Shown here in pieces: positions 10,095 through 19,145 of a DNA stretch of 64,000 nt. The position numbers and the translations under genes were made by a program. This DNA is from Candidatus Nitrospinota bacterium M3_3B_026 (GTDB lineage Bacteria > Nitrospinota_A > UBA7883 > JBPRGF01): the NCBI GenBank assembly GCA_051418015.1, contig JBPRGF010000029.1, positions 145,691 through 209,690 of the forward strand, read 5' to 3'. Under the pieces are notes generated by a model. It was given only the letters and a program-made list of their open reading frames with translations. It ran no database searches and was not told where the DNA came from. Each line of letters begins with the position of its first letter. Within the stretch, counting starts at the first letter, position 1.

Positions 10095-13040
10095 TCACGG
10101 CCCTTGCGAGCTGAACACGTGAGCCAGGCTGTTTTCAGGGTCGCACATCACAATACCGCCGCCAGATGAGTCCGGGCGCGCCGAGATCGACAAGAGCCTC
10201 GTCGAGACCTGGGCCAGCGGATACTCGTCCTCCCCCTGCGACACCGAAACGAGCCGCCACAGAAGCTCCCCGCCTCCACCGAAGGCCCACAGCCCCTCCG
10301 GCGACGCCACGTAAAGGACGCCGCTTATGTCCACGGCGCAGCCAAGCGGGGTGGAAATATAGCCGGACTCAAAAAACCACCCTCTGCTCTCCCTGAGGCT
10401 GCGGCGATAGACGATGTTTTCGGCCACGGCCGCCGCAACGAACTCACCATCGTTCACCATCGCCATGTTGAAGCCGATCTCCGGGATGTCCAATCTTTCT
10501 CCCCCTCGCAGGTCACGCGGAACCAGCCACGCCTGTTTGTTGAAGAAGTCGGTCACGACAAACCCCCGCTCTCCGGCGGAGGCGATCCTGTGCGGCGTGG
10601 GCGGCAGCGCGGCCCCCTCGGGGATGGGGCGAGCCTCGCCCGAGTCGATGTCGAGTATCTCCACCGCTATGTCCCTGTCCCCTCTTGAGGGATCTTTCCG
10701 GCGCGCTACGATCAGCCTTCCAGGCTTGTAAACATCCGTCCCGGTGATCGTGACGCCGCTTTTCAACAGGGCGATGCTCTCTTCATCCGTGTCATAGATT
10801 AAAAGCTCCCTGCGCCATATGTCGTTTATGACAAGCTTTCCCGGAGACACCGGAAGCGCCATGAACGGCTTTACGGGCCTGCCAGTCACGGGATGAATCG
10901 GCTTTATGGTCCGGACGTACCGCAACGCTCCGCCCGCGGGCGGCGTCTTCCCGCCGAGGCTCTCCGCGACGCTTTGTCCGGCGGCCAACGACACGGTGAC
11001 GGGAGGCTCTTCCAGTATTTTCTGCCCCGTCTTGACGCTCCTCCATAGAGGGGCCAGGCCGGGCTCTTCTTTCGCCTTCTCGCCGTACTTTTCGATGATG
11101 GCGCGGGATTTCTCCACCTCCCCGGCCATCTGGTAGAGGCGCGCGAGGTAATATGCCGTCTCAGGATTCGCCTCCCTGGCCAGCTCTTCGTCAAGGAGCG
11201 CCGCCCCTTCCCGCGCCTGCCCCAGCTTTTCATAGACACGGCAGAGGTTATCCAGGTAGTACTTTTTCGCGGAGTCGTTCCTTCTCAGCCCGGCGCTGAA
11301 AAAAATCTTCGCCTTCTCGTAGTCCTCCCAGTGGAAAAGGAGCTCGCCGAGAGCGCCTACGACCCTGGACGGAAGCCATGTGACATCCTTCCGGACAGTC
11401 ACCAGCGCCGCCGGGAGGAACAGCCCTTCGAGGCCGAGCTCCTCCGGGTCCTCGCCGAGCTTCACCAGGGCCTTGCCAAGAAGCGACAGATGCTCATACA
11501 AGAAAAGATAGGCCGCCACAGCGGCCGACGCCCAGGCCATATCCATGCCTTCCGGCTTGCCGACCCGCTCCCGGATCATGGAAAGCACGCTCTCCAGGTC
11601 CCGTTTTCTCAGGGCGTATTCGCTCTTCAGCGTCTCAGAAAGACGCGCGGCCGTCTTGCCGAAATTCTTTTCCGCGAAGTCGCTGGGCCAGGCCGTGAGC
11701 GCCGCGATGGCCCGCGCCATGGCCGCGGCGAGCGCTTTTCTGTAAAAAACCTGACGCCTGCCGATCTGGGTGGACTTCAATCTCGCCAGCCCAAGGGCTT
11801 TCCGGGCCTGCTCCTTGACCGCCTCGTCAGCGGGGGAGGTCACCACCATGTAAGCCTGGAAAAGCTCCGGGACAATCCCGCCGTATTCGCCTTCAAGCTC
11901 GTTGAGGCGGGAGGCGGAGTATGTCATGGCCTCCATGCTCGCATCCTCGTACCATTTGACCACCCCGGCCGCTTCAGGGCCTTCCGGCATGGCTTCGATC
12001 CGCCGCAGCCAGTGAGCCCCGTCACGCAGCGTCCACCGGGAAAGCTCTTCATCCGAGCGCGCCTCAAAAGCCTTCGGCTGCTCCACGCCCCCGCCGTCCG
12101 GGCGCGGGATGGATATCCGCATGATGCGGCCCGCCCGCCCGTCGGCGGCCAGGATCGAGAACCTCTCGCCGCCGGCGTTGTCCAAGCATACGGCCAAAGG
12201 CTCCGGCCCCTCGCCCGCGCTGAGAGTCAGCAGGCGCTCGATCCACGGCCTTTTCAGGGAGAACAGCAGAAAACGCCCGTAGAACGATCCGGCGATGGCG
12301 AACTCGCCGTCCAGCATCGTCACGCTGACCGGGTGGAAGCCGCTGTCAAGGGGTGAGGTATAAACAAAGTCGATCTGGCGCCCTTCGCCGGATACCAGGC
12401 AAAGCCTCCGGTTGTTCGTGTCCGCCACGAGGATGTTTTTGTCTTTAGTCAGGGCGAATGCCTGCGGGTAGCTGTATCCGGCGGGTGGGGGCAGGATACC
12501 CTCCGTGGGGAAAAAGACCTCCGCCGGATCGTTTTTCCTGTTCTCTTCTTCCGTTGTCATATGACGGCCGTGGATTCTGAGCGGGCTCCCGGCGGCGTCC
12601 ACAAGCTTGACCCTGTTGTTGCCGCGGTCCAGGACCCACAACAGCCCATTCTCCGCCGCAGCCACGCCCACGGGCTCGTTGAGCTCATTGGGGCCTGAGC
12701 CTATAGCGCCGAAGGAGCCCTCAAAGCCGCCGTCCAGGCTGAAAAGCTGAATGCGGTGGTTCCAGGAGTCGCACACCGCCAGCCTCGCCCCGTCCCCGTA
12801 ATCCACGATCGCCAGCCCCCGGGGATACCAGAACTTTCCGGGGTCTATGCCTTTGCCGCCGAGGGAGAAGACCACTTCCCCGTTGTTTTCAAGGGCGAGG
12901 ACGCGGTGGTTGAACTCGTCGGACAAAAATATCCTCCCACCGGGGCCTTTGATGATGGTGTGGACGTGGGACAGAGGGGGGCTGGGGACGTTTCTTACCG
13001 GGATATCTTCCACCACTTCGCTTTCAGCGGGGGCCTTCAC
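10095..13040 (-). CDS. Large NHL-repeat / helical TPR / beta-propeller protein
   Basis: NHL repeats (GKFWYPRGLAI, VCDSWNHRIQLF, LNEPVGVA, VADTNNRR), central TPR-like helices, C-terminal propeller-like segment (PLGCAVD). Confidence 0.75.
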   Translation of the reverse strand: MKAPAESEVVEDIPVRNVPSPPLSHVHTIIKGPGGRIFLSDEFNHRVLALENNGEVVFSLGGKGIDPGKFWYPRGLAIVDYGDGARLAVCDSWNHRIQLFSLDGGFEGSFGAIGSGPNELNEPVGVAAAENGLLWVLDRGNNRVKLVDAAGSPLRIHGRHMTTEEENRKNDPAEVFFPTEGILPPPAGYSYPQAFALTKDKNILVADTNNRRLCLVSGEGRQIDFVYTSPLDSGFHPVSVTMLDGEFAIAGSFYGRFLLFSLKRPWIERLLTLSAGEGPEPLAVCLDNAGGERFSILAADGRAGRIMRISIPRPDGGGVEQPKAFEARSDEELSRWTLRDGAHWLRRIEAMPEGPEAAGVVKWYEDASMEAMTYSASRLNELEGEYGGIVPELFQAYMVVTSPADEAVKEQARKALGLARLKSTQIGRRQVFYRKALAAAMARAIAALTAWPSDFAEKNFGKTAARLSETLKSEYALRKRDLESVLSMIRERVGKPEGMDMAWASAAVAAYLFLYEHLSLLGKALVKLGEDPEELGLEGLFLPAALVTVRKDVTWLPSRVVGALGELLFHWEDYEKAKIFFSAGLRRNDSAKKYYLDNLCRVYEKLGQAREGAALLDEELAREANPETAYYLARLYQMAGEVEKSRAIIEKYGEKAKEEPGLAPLWRSVKTGQKILEEPPVTVSLAAGQSVAESLGGKTPPAGGALRYVRTIKPIHPVTGRPVKPFMALPVSPGKLVINDIWRRELLIYDTDEESIALLKSGVTITGTDVYKPGRLIVARRKDPSRGDRDIAVEILDIDSGEARPIPEGAALPPTPHRIASAGERGFVVTDFFNKQAWLVPRDLRGGERLDIPEIGFNMAMVNDGEFVAAAVAENIVYRRSLRESRGWFFESGYISTPLGCAVDISGVLYVASPEGLWAFGGGGELLWRLVSVSQGEDEYPLAQVSTRLLSISARPDSSGGGIVMCDPENSLAHVFSSQGP

Positions 13041-13162
13041 GAAACCGCTCCAAATCGCCGCCGGGCGGGAAAATAAGCCTTAGCGAGGTTTATGATTATA
13101 ATCAATTGTACTTTTCGCCCTTTTTCTGTTCAAGCGCGCGATTTTAATTCTATCATGCGGGC

Positions 13163-13873
13163 ATGATCTATTTTTTCTGTGGAGCGCCGAAGAACGGAAG
13201 CCATTTCCAGATGTGGATTGTCCAGAAAAGCCTGGACCAGCTCGGTGAGGCATACGAATACCTTGGCAGCGGCCCTTTCCACGAGGCAGGGTTCGAAAAC
13301 GGGATAAAGCTTCTAAGAGAAATCGACGCGGACACCGGCGAAAGATACATCTGCAAGGGCCACTGGGGCGAAGCCGGGGAACGGGACGCTCTCCTTTCGG
13401 TCGAAAACATAAAAATATTTCTCATCTGGCGCGAAATCCGGGACGCGCTGGTCTCTCAATACTATTTCAACATGCGCCATCACAAACGGCCGTACAGGGA
13501 CTTCGACGAGTTCTACTGGAGGCACGGGCGCCCCTACCTCCTGAAAAACCAGGTCGAATACAGGCGTGTGTGGGGAGAGGCGGACGACCCGCGAATCGTT
13601 CATACAAGCTACACGCGGCTCAAAACGGATTTCGACGGCGAAGCGTCGAGGTTGCTCGCCGCCGCGGGGATTCGCGGCGTGGACATGGAGGACCTGAAAC
13701 GGAGGCTTTCCCTGGACCGCCTCAGGAAAGAGATAAACGACGCGGAAGGGGTCATGATAAGAAAAGGCGCCCTGGGCGAGCACAGGGAGGTAATACGGTC
13801 GGAGGAGATCCTGCGGGATATTAACGAAGTAGAGAAAACGATATCCAGGGAGCCAGTCATACCCTTGAGATAG
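13163..13873 (+). CDS. Sulfotransferase domain protein
   Basis: GAPKNGS (5'-PSB), WREIRDALVSQY (3'-PB), IRKG C-terminal motif. Confidence 0.8.
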   Translation: MIYFFCGAPKNGSHFQMWIVQKSLDQLGEAYEYLGSGPFHEAGFENGIKLLREIDADTGERYICKGHWGEAGERDALLSVENIKIFLIWREIRDALVSQYYFNMRHHKRPYRDFDEFYWRHGRPYLLKNQVEYRRVWGEADDPRIVHTSYTRLKTDFDGEASRLLAAAGIRGVDMEDLKRRLSLDRLRKEINDAEGVMIRKGALGEHREVIRSEEILRDINEVEKTISREPVIPLR

Positions 13874-15008
13874 GCCCCTTCGCGTAAAAAGCGTCTTTAG
13901 CTGACCCCCCCACCAAAACGTTCCCCGCTATCCAGCGGATGGCGGGGACGCAGACGGCGTCGCCGAAGGCGAACATGCCCGCGTTCTGGCTTTGTGGCAG
14001 CCTGAAACCTTCCGGCGCGCCCTGCAGCCTGCCGTATTCGCGGGCGGTCATGTTCCGCGCCATGATCTCCCCCCGCCCCAGCGCAAGCAACATCTGGCGG
14101 GAAGAGCCGCCTCTCGGCGTCCGCAGGCATCCGGCCAGGCCGTCGAACCGCGGCTCCACCATCGGCCTGCCCGCCCTCACCCGCCGGAACGCGGCGGCGT
14201 AGACGATCTTGCCGCCGGCCATCGCCTCGCGCGCCAGGGCGGCGTTTTTCTCGTTCATGCCGTCGAGCAGTTTTTCAGCCTGATATTTGTCCCACCAGGC
14301 CGCGTTTCCGTTTTTCTCCACGATGCCGGAAAGCTTCAAGGGCGCCTTCTCGGGCGGCGACGGTATATCCACAAAACCCCAACGCGCGTTTGGGACCGAC
14401 TCCACCACCCTGACAAGCGGCGGCGGTTTCAGCCGCCCGTCGCGTTTTTCGAAAAACTCGCGTCCAGGCGCCGCCCTGCCCCTCCGGCCGAGCACAAAAA
14501 GCCTGGGCCTGCTCTGGGGCGTGAACCAGCGGGCGTCAAGGATAAAAATGTCCAGCCCGTAGCCGAGGCCGCCGAGCGTCTCCAGGACGCGGCGGATGTC
14601 CCCGCCCCCGCCGGAGCTCAAAAGCCCCGGCACGTTCTCCAGCAGGACGAGCCTCGGCCTGCGCCGCCCCATCCCCTTCAGCAGCTTTATGAAACCGTGA
14701 AAAGCCCCAGACCGCTCCCCGGAAAGCCCCCGCCGCGTCCCCGCCAGCGAAAGGTCCACGCAGGGGAAAGACGCCGTGGCCAGGCCGATGTCCGGGATCA
14801 TGGAGGCGGACAGGGAGTTTATGTCGTCTTCTATCAGCTCCCCGCCGCCGAAGTTGGCCCTGTACACGGCGGTTTTCCTCGGGTCGTTGTCGTTGGCGAA
14901 GACGCACCTGAGACCCTCCGCCTCCAGCCCCAGCCGGAAAAGCCCCACCCCGGCGAAAAACTCCGCGAAGTTTTTTGAGTTGTCAGAATCGCCACCCGCC
15001 GCCGTCAT
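13857..15008 (-). CDS. DNA (cytosine-5)-methyltransferase
   Basis: Motif I EFFAGVG, catalytic FPC, ENVPG, PQSRPR, motif X FGDAV. Confidence 0.95.
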   Translation of the reverse strand: MTAAGGDSDNSKNFAEFFAGVGLFRLGLEAEGLRCVFANDNDPRKTAVYRANFGGGELIEDDINSLSASMIPDIGLATASFPCVDLSLAGTRRGLSGERSGAFHGFIKLLKGMGRRRPRLVLLENVPGLLSSGGGGDIRRVLETLGGLGYGLDIFILDARWFTPQSRPRLFVLGRRGRAAPGREFFEKRDGRLKPPPLVRVVESVPNARWGFVDIPSPPEKAPLKLSGIVEKNGNAAWWDKYQAEKLLDGMNEKNAALAREAMAGGKIVYAAAFRRVRAGRPMVEPRFDGLAGCLRTPRGGSSRQMLLALGRGEIMARNMTAREYGRLQGAPEGFRLPQSQNAGMFAFGDAVCVPAIRWIAGNVLVGGSAKDAFYAKGPISRV

Positions 15009-15015
15009 GGTTTTC

Positions 15016-15411
15016 TCAACAAGACTCCAGGAACTCCTTCAGCGTGATTATCCTCGCGCCCCCATGGCTTTTCAGGCCCAGCATCGCCTTGTCCCCGGTA
15101 ACGATGACGTCCGCCTCCCCGGAGACGGCGAGTTCGAGAACACGGTTGTCAGGGTCATCGGCAAGGGCCTTTATCCTCCGCCGAGGATGGACCATCTCGC
15201 CAAGCTCCGACAGAAACACCGCCGCCCGCGCAAGCTCCTCCCCGTCGCGGGCGAACTTGCGGGCCAGGACGTCGAGGACCTCGTGGATGATGGGTCTCGA
15301 TATCAGAAGCCTGGCGTGGCCGTCCATCACCTTTCGCAACGCTTCTTCGGCGCGGCCGCCGGGGATCGCCAGGGCGGAGACGAACACGTTGCTGTCGAAA
15401 ACGGCTTTCAC
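15016..15411 (-). CDS. PIN-domain (VapC-like) toxin
   Basis: AVFDSNVFVSA, E, DPDDN-like DDPDNRVLELA, IVTGDK. Overlaps the antitoxin stop codon. Confidence 0.9.
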   Translation of the reverse strand: MKAVFDSNVFVSALAIPGGRAEEALRKVMDGHARLLISRPIIHEVLDVLARKFARDGEELARAAVFLSELGEMVHPRRRIKALADDPDNRVLELAVSGEADVIVTGDKAMLGLKSHGGARIITLKEFLESC

Positions 15412-15644
15412 TTGCGCAGGAATCGCTCAAGATCCTTTTCCGTGAGGATGCCCCTCTCCTTCGCCTTGCGGCTCCAGAAGTCCTGAACGGCCTTGTGCTC
15501 CTTTTTCAGTCTGGCGGCGCGGGAGGCCCTGATGGCGTCCTGTATGACGCCGCTGACGGTCTTGCCCTCCGCCCGGGCGGCTCGTTCGGTTTCCCGGGCA
15601 AGGTCCGGCGGCAACGAGATCGTCTTCTTGACGGCTGTTGTCAT
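15408..15644 (-). CDS. Ribbon-helix-helix (CopG-like) antitoxin
   Basis: MTTAVKKTISLPPDLARE...EGKTVSGVIQDA...AKERGILTEKD; 78 aa, directly upstream of the PIN gene. Confidence 0.8.
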   Translation of the reverse strand: MTTAVKKTISLPPDLARETERAARAEGKTVSGVIQDAIRASRAARLKKEHKAVQDFWSRKAKERGILTEKDLERFLRK

Positions 15645-15745
15645 CCTGAGGCTTTCTCCTTTAGTGTGAATTGTTAACACCAATATATCCCAGGAGGCGT
15701 CCCGTGACAAGGCGGCCGGCGGCGCGGCCCTCGCCCGTGACGGCG

Positions 15746-16213
15746 TCATTTCCTTCGGATTCCGCGCCCCTTTCGGGGCCTTTTCCCCGCCTCGACGGCG
15801 CGGACGATCCGGCCCACCGCCCTGCCCGGCGAACGTGAAAGGTCGCTTTCCCATATTCTTATGACTTTCCAGCCCTCCCCGCGGAGCTTTGCGTCCACCT
15901 TCCTGTCGCGCTCTATGTTTCCCTTTATCTTCTTTTCCCAGTATGGCCTGTTGCGTACGTTCCTGAGCTGGTCCTCGAGGCTCGCAAAACCCCTCAGCCG
16001 CCACTGGTTGCCGTGCCAGAAGTCCCCGTCCACGAAGACGGCCACCCTGGCGGAAACGAACACAATGTCCGGTTTGCCCGGCAGGCGGGGATGGTTCAGC
16101 CTGTAGCGCAGGCCCCTTTTCCAAAGCCGCTTGCGCAGGAGCATCTCCGGGCCGGTACCGGATCCCTTGACGGCGGCCATGGTTTTCGAGGTACGCTCAT
16201 CCGGTTTTCTCAT
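15746..16213 (-). CDS. vsr: Very-short-patch repair endonuclease
   Basis: TSKTMAAVK..GTGPE, LPGKPDIVF, VFVDGDFWHG, YWEKKIKGNIERD, GWKVIRIWE. Confidence 0.95.
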   Translation of the reverse strand: MRKPDERTSKTMAAVKGSGTGPEMLLRKRLWKRGLRYRLNHPRLPGKPDIVFVSARVAVFVDGDFWHGNQWRLRGFASLEDQLRNVRNRPYWEKKIKGNIERDRKVDAKLRGEGWKVIRIWESDLSRSPGRAVGRIVRAVEAGKRPRKGRGIRRK

Positions 16214-16372
16214 GAGCCACAAGTTAACACGGGCGAAGAAAAACCGTTTCCCGAAAAATTTTTCAGAAAAAATTCCCTGCCCAGCCCCGGTTGACGCATT
16301 GCGTTTTTATTTTCAATAAGATGTGCGAGAGCCGGGGATGTCCTTCCGGGTGGCGTAAATCATGGCGCAGGC

Positions 16373-16401
16373 TTGACATCCTCCCTGTTATTATGTAATT
16401 A
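16373..16401 (+). promoter_or_regulatory. Putative sigma70 promoter for the cox operon
   Basis: TTGACA (16373-16378), 17 nt, then TAATTA (16396-16401). Confidence 0.5.
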
Positions 16402-16720
16402 GTCTTGTTGAGACATAATTTCCCATAGCGGTCCGCAAGCAGGGGGGATGTGGAGGGCCGTATATGGGGAATAGCCTTCGCACCAGCCGCACGGGGGCGC
16501 TGCTGATGCTTAACCTATACGGGGAGGCGCCTCAATAGAAGAGCCGGTCTGTTCGCCGGCCGGGGCGCCACGAGGTGGTTAGTTTTAGGTTACGTAATCC
16601 GTGGCGAAGATGAGCAGCGGCGCTTTATCCTGCGACAACTCTGTACTCCCGCGTCCGTTCTCCATTCCGAGCCGCGAATTACCCTGAGTTGATCTAAAGT
16701 TCATCAGCGGAGGGTTCCTT

Positions 16721-17530
16721 ATGGCAGCAGAGCAAGAAGCGCAGCTTGTGGCTGAGCGCGAGGCGAGGGGAGTGGCCGAGCCTCACGGCGGTCACGGCGA
16801 ACATCACTGGGAATGGAGCTATTATCCACTAATACTGGTCGTCGGAATCTTTTTGGCGGTCCCCATAGCGTTCGCCCTTATGTTCGAGTATCACAACGGC
16901 ACGATGGCCGCCGTGGCGGCGGGGATCGGCGTGCCGCTGATACTGTGGGGGATAGCGGGGTGGACGAGCGAGGGTCTCGCGCAGAAGGAGGAGCACGGCT
17001 ACGCGCTTACGGGCCTGCCCATCTTCATAGTGTCCGAGGTGCTGATCTTCCTGTCCCTTTTCGCTTCGTACTGGACGATGAGGCTTTCGGCCGACGTATG
17101 GCCGCCGCCAGGCTCCCCGCACATCGGTGTCATCCTGCCCATCATAATGACCGCGGTGCTGGTAAGCTCGTCGGTGACCTATCACCTGGGCGAGATGAGG
17201 CTGGAGGAGGGCGACAAGAGCGGATTCATCACCTGGCTTTTCGCGTCCATCCTGCTCGGGGCCATATTCCTCGGGATGAGCGCCTATGAGTACAACCACC
17301 TGATGCATGAGGGCTTCGTTTTCGGGACGAACGCCAAGAGCACGGCGTTTTACTCCATAACGGGCTTCCATGCCTCGCACGTGCTGATCGGGCTTTGTGT
17401 GTTTCTGACCGTTCTTATCCCCGCCCTTTCAGGCAAGATAAGCAAGACGTTCGTCACGGGGGCCGGCGTGTATTGGCATTTCGTCGACGTCGTCTGGTTT
17501 TTCGTCGTCAGCCAGATCTATTTCTGGTAA
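16721..17530 (+). CDS. coxC: Cytochrome c oxidase subunit III
   Basis: FIVSEVLIF, LVSSS, FYSITGFHASHV, YWHFVDVVW. Confidence 0.93.
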   Translation: MAAEQEAQLVAEREARGVAEPHGGHGEHHWEWSYYPLILVVGIFLAVPIAFALMFEYHNGTMAAVAAGIGVPLILWGIAGWTSEGLAQKEEHGYALTGLPIFIVSEVLIFLSLFASYWTMRLSADVWPPPGSPHIGVILPIIMTAVLVSSSVTYHLGEMRLEEGDKSGFITWLFASILLGAIFLGMSAYEYNHLMHEGFVFGTNAKSTAFYSITGFHASHVLIGLCVFLTVLIPALSGKISKTFVTGAGVYWHFVDVVWFFVVSQIYFW

Positions 17531-17540
17531 GGGGATAAGG

Positions 17541-18389
17541 ATGTTCTGGCCCAGTCGGCGGGCCGCCCTTGCGGCGGCGGCCCTCGCGATCGTGGCGGCG
17601 GCTTCCCAGTCGGCGGCGCAGGGGTTCAGGCCCCCGCAGTCCGAGTTCGACCCGGAGACCCTGCGGATAGACGAGCAGGAGGTCCTGGGCGAGAAGATCG
17701 ACCATGGCCTGACCTTCGTGGACCACGAGGGGAGGGAGTTCTCCATGGCCGATTTTCGCGGGACGCCCCTGATCCTGATCCTCTCCTATTACACCTGCGA
17801 CGGGGCCTGCCCCGCCTTCAACATGGAGCTGAAAGGCGCCATAGAGAAGGTCAACGAGCGCGGACGGGTTTCCATAGGGGAGGATTTCAACGTGCTGACC
17901 GTCTCTTTCGACAAGAACGATGGCCCCGAGGCGGGCCGGATGTTCCGGGAGATGATAAAACTCACCGGGAAATACGGCGACAGCTGGAGGGTGGCCACGG
18001 TCAGGGACGAGGGGATGATCGAGGCGTTGGCCTCCTCGCTGGACTATCGCTACTTCTGGTCGCCCGCCGACAGGATGTTCTTTCACCCGAACGCGTTTTT
18101 CTTCATATCGCCCGAGGGGAGGGTCGTCCGTGTCCTCCACAACGCCCTGTCCGACCCCAAGGACATGGAGCTTGCCGTCATCGACACGAAGTTCAACAGG
18201 CTGAAACCCTCGGAGGTGATAAACCTCGTGGTGGGGCTGTGTTACAGCTACAACTTCAAGGAAGGCAAGTACGGGCTGAACTATCCGCTTTTCATAGCGT
18301 TCGGGTCTCTTTTCACGGGGATATCGGCGTTCGCCGCAGCCGCGTACGTTCAAAGGAATAAAGTCAAAGGCAAGGAGAGATTGTCATGA
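17541..18389 (+). CDS. SCO-family copper chaperone
   Basis: Signal peptide, YYTCDGACP (CxxxC), conserved His (FFHP), C-terminal transmembrane helix; inside the cox operon. Confidence 0.88.
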   Translation: MFWPSRRAALAAAALAIVAAASQSAAQGFRPPQSEFDPETLRIDEQEVLGEKIDHGLTFVDHEGREFSMADFRGTPLILILSYYTCDGACPAFNMELKGAIEKVNERGRVSIGEDFNVLTVSFDKNDGPEAGRMFREMIKLTGKYGDSWRVATVRDEGMIEALASSLDYRYFWSPADRMFFHPNAFFFISPEGRVVRVLHNALSDPKDMELAVIDTKFNRLKPSEVINLVVGLCYSYNFKEGKYGLNYPLFIAFGSLFTGISAFAAAAYVQRNKVKGKERLS

Positions 18390-19090
18390 GATTACTGATA
18401 TCACTGGCGGCCGTTTTGTCCGCGGCCCCCGCTTTCGCATCCTCCGCCGGCGCGGGAGAGATCCCCGACCCGGCCGAGGGGTGGGACCATCTCTGGTACC
18501 ACCTGTTGCTGGACATCGGGGCGATCGGCGTCGTCTTCGGCCTCATCACCGTGGTCTTCCTGGTCCGCTACACGAGAAAGAGAGAGGACCAGGAAGGGGA
18601 CGCCCCGAAGCTTTCCTTCGGCCAGTCCATGGGCTGGGCCATGATCCCGATGTTTCTTTTCCTGGCGGACGACTTCTACCTGGCCGCCAATGGCTGGAAG
18701 CTCTGGAACGACCAGAGGCGGGTTCCCGAGAACGCCATGGAGGTGGAGGTGGAAGCCATGATGTATGGCTGGTACTTCACCTACGACAACGGCGTGGAGA
18801 GCGACAACTTCGGCGACGGCCTGGTCGTCCCCGAGGGCAAGCCGGTCGTCCTGAGGATGAAGAGCACGGACGTGATCCACTCGTTTTTCATCCCTGATTT
18901 CAGGATCAAGGAGGACGTAATGCCAGGCAGGGTCACCTACCTGTGGATCAACCCGACAGCCAGCAAGAGAGGCGAGCACGTCTTCACCTGCACGGAGTAT
19001 TGCGGCTTCGGCCACTCCAACATGTTCGGGAAGGTAAAGGTCGTCTCTCCCCGGGAGTTCGAGGAGTGGATGGCCGAACGCCAGGCGTGA
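18386..19090 (+). CDS. coxB: Cytochrome c oxidase subunit II (CuA; no fused cytochrome c)
   Basis: DVIHSF...KEDVMPG...CTEYCGFGHSNM CuA ligands. Confidence 0.95.
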   Translation: MRLLISLAAVLSAAPAFASSAGAGEIPDPAEGWDHLWYHLLLDIGAIGVVFGLITVVFLVRYTRKREDQEGDAPKLSFGQSMGWAMIPMFLFLADDFYLAANGWKLWNDQRRVPENAMEVEVEAMMYGWYFTYDNGVESDNFGDGLVVPEGKPVVLRMKSTDVIHSFFIPDFRIKEDVMPGRVTYLWINPTASKRGEHVFTCTEYCGFGHSNMFGKVKVVSPREFEEWMAERQA

Positions 19091-19145
19091 CGGGGGAAGT
19101 TCGGAAAGAAAGAGAAGCCATTTAACTTAGAGGAAACGACACATC

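Noticed and set aside
15408..16124. 238-aa ORF as one protein
   Set aside because: Its N-terminal part overlaps vsr in another frame; only the last 78 codons (from ATG 15644) look like a real RHH antitoxin.
16689..16707. FNR/CRP-like box before coxC (TTGATCTAAAGTTCATCA)
   Set aside because: Only one half-site matches TTGAT-N4-ATCAA; spacing and the second half do not fit.
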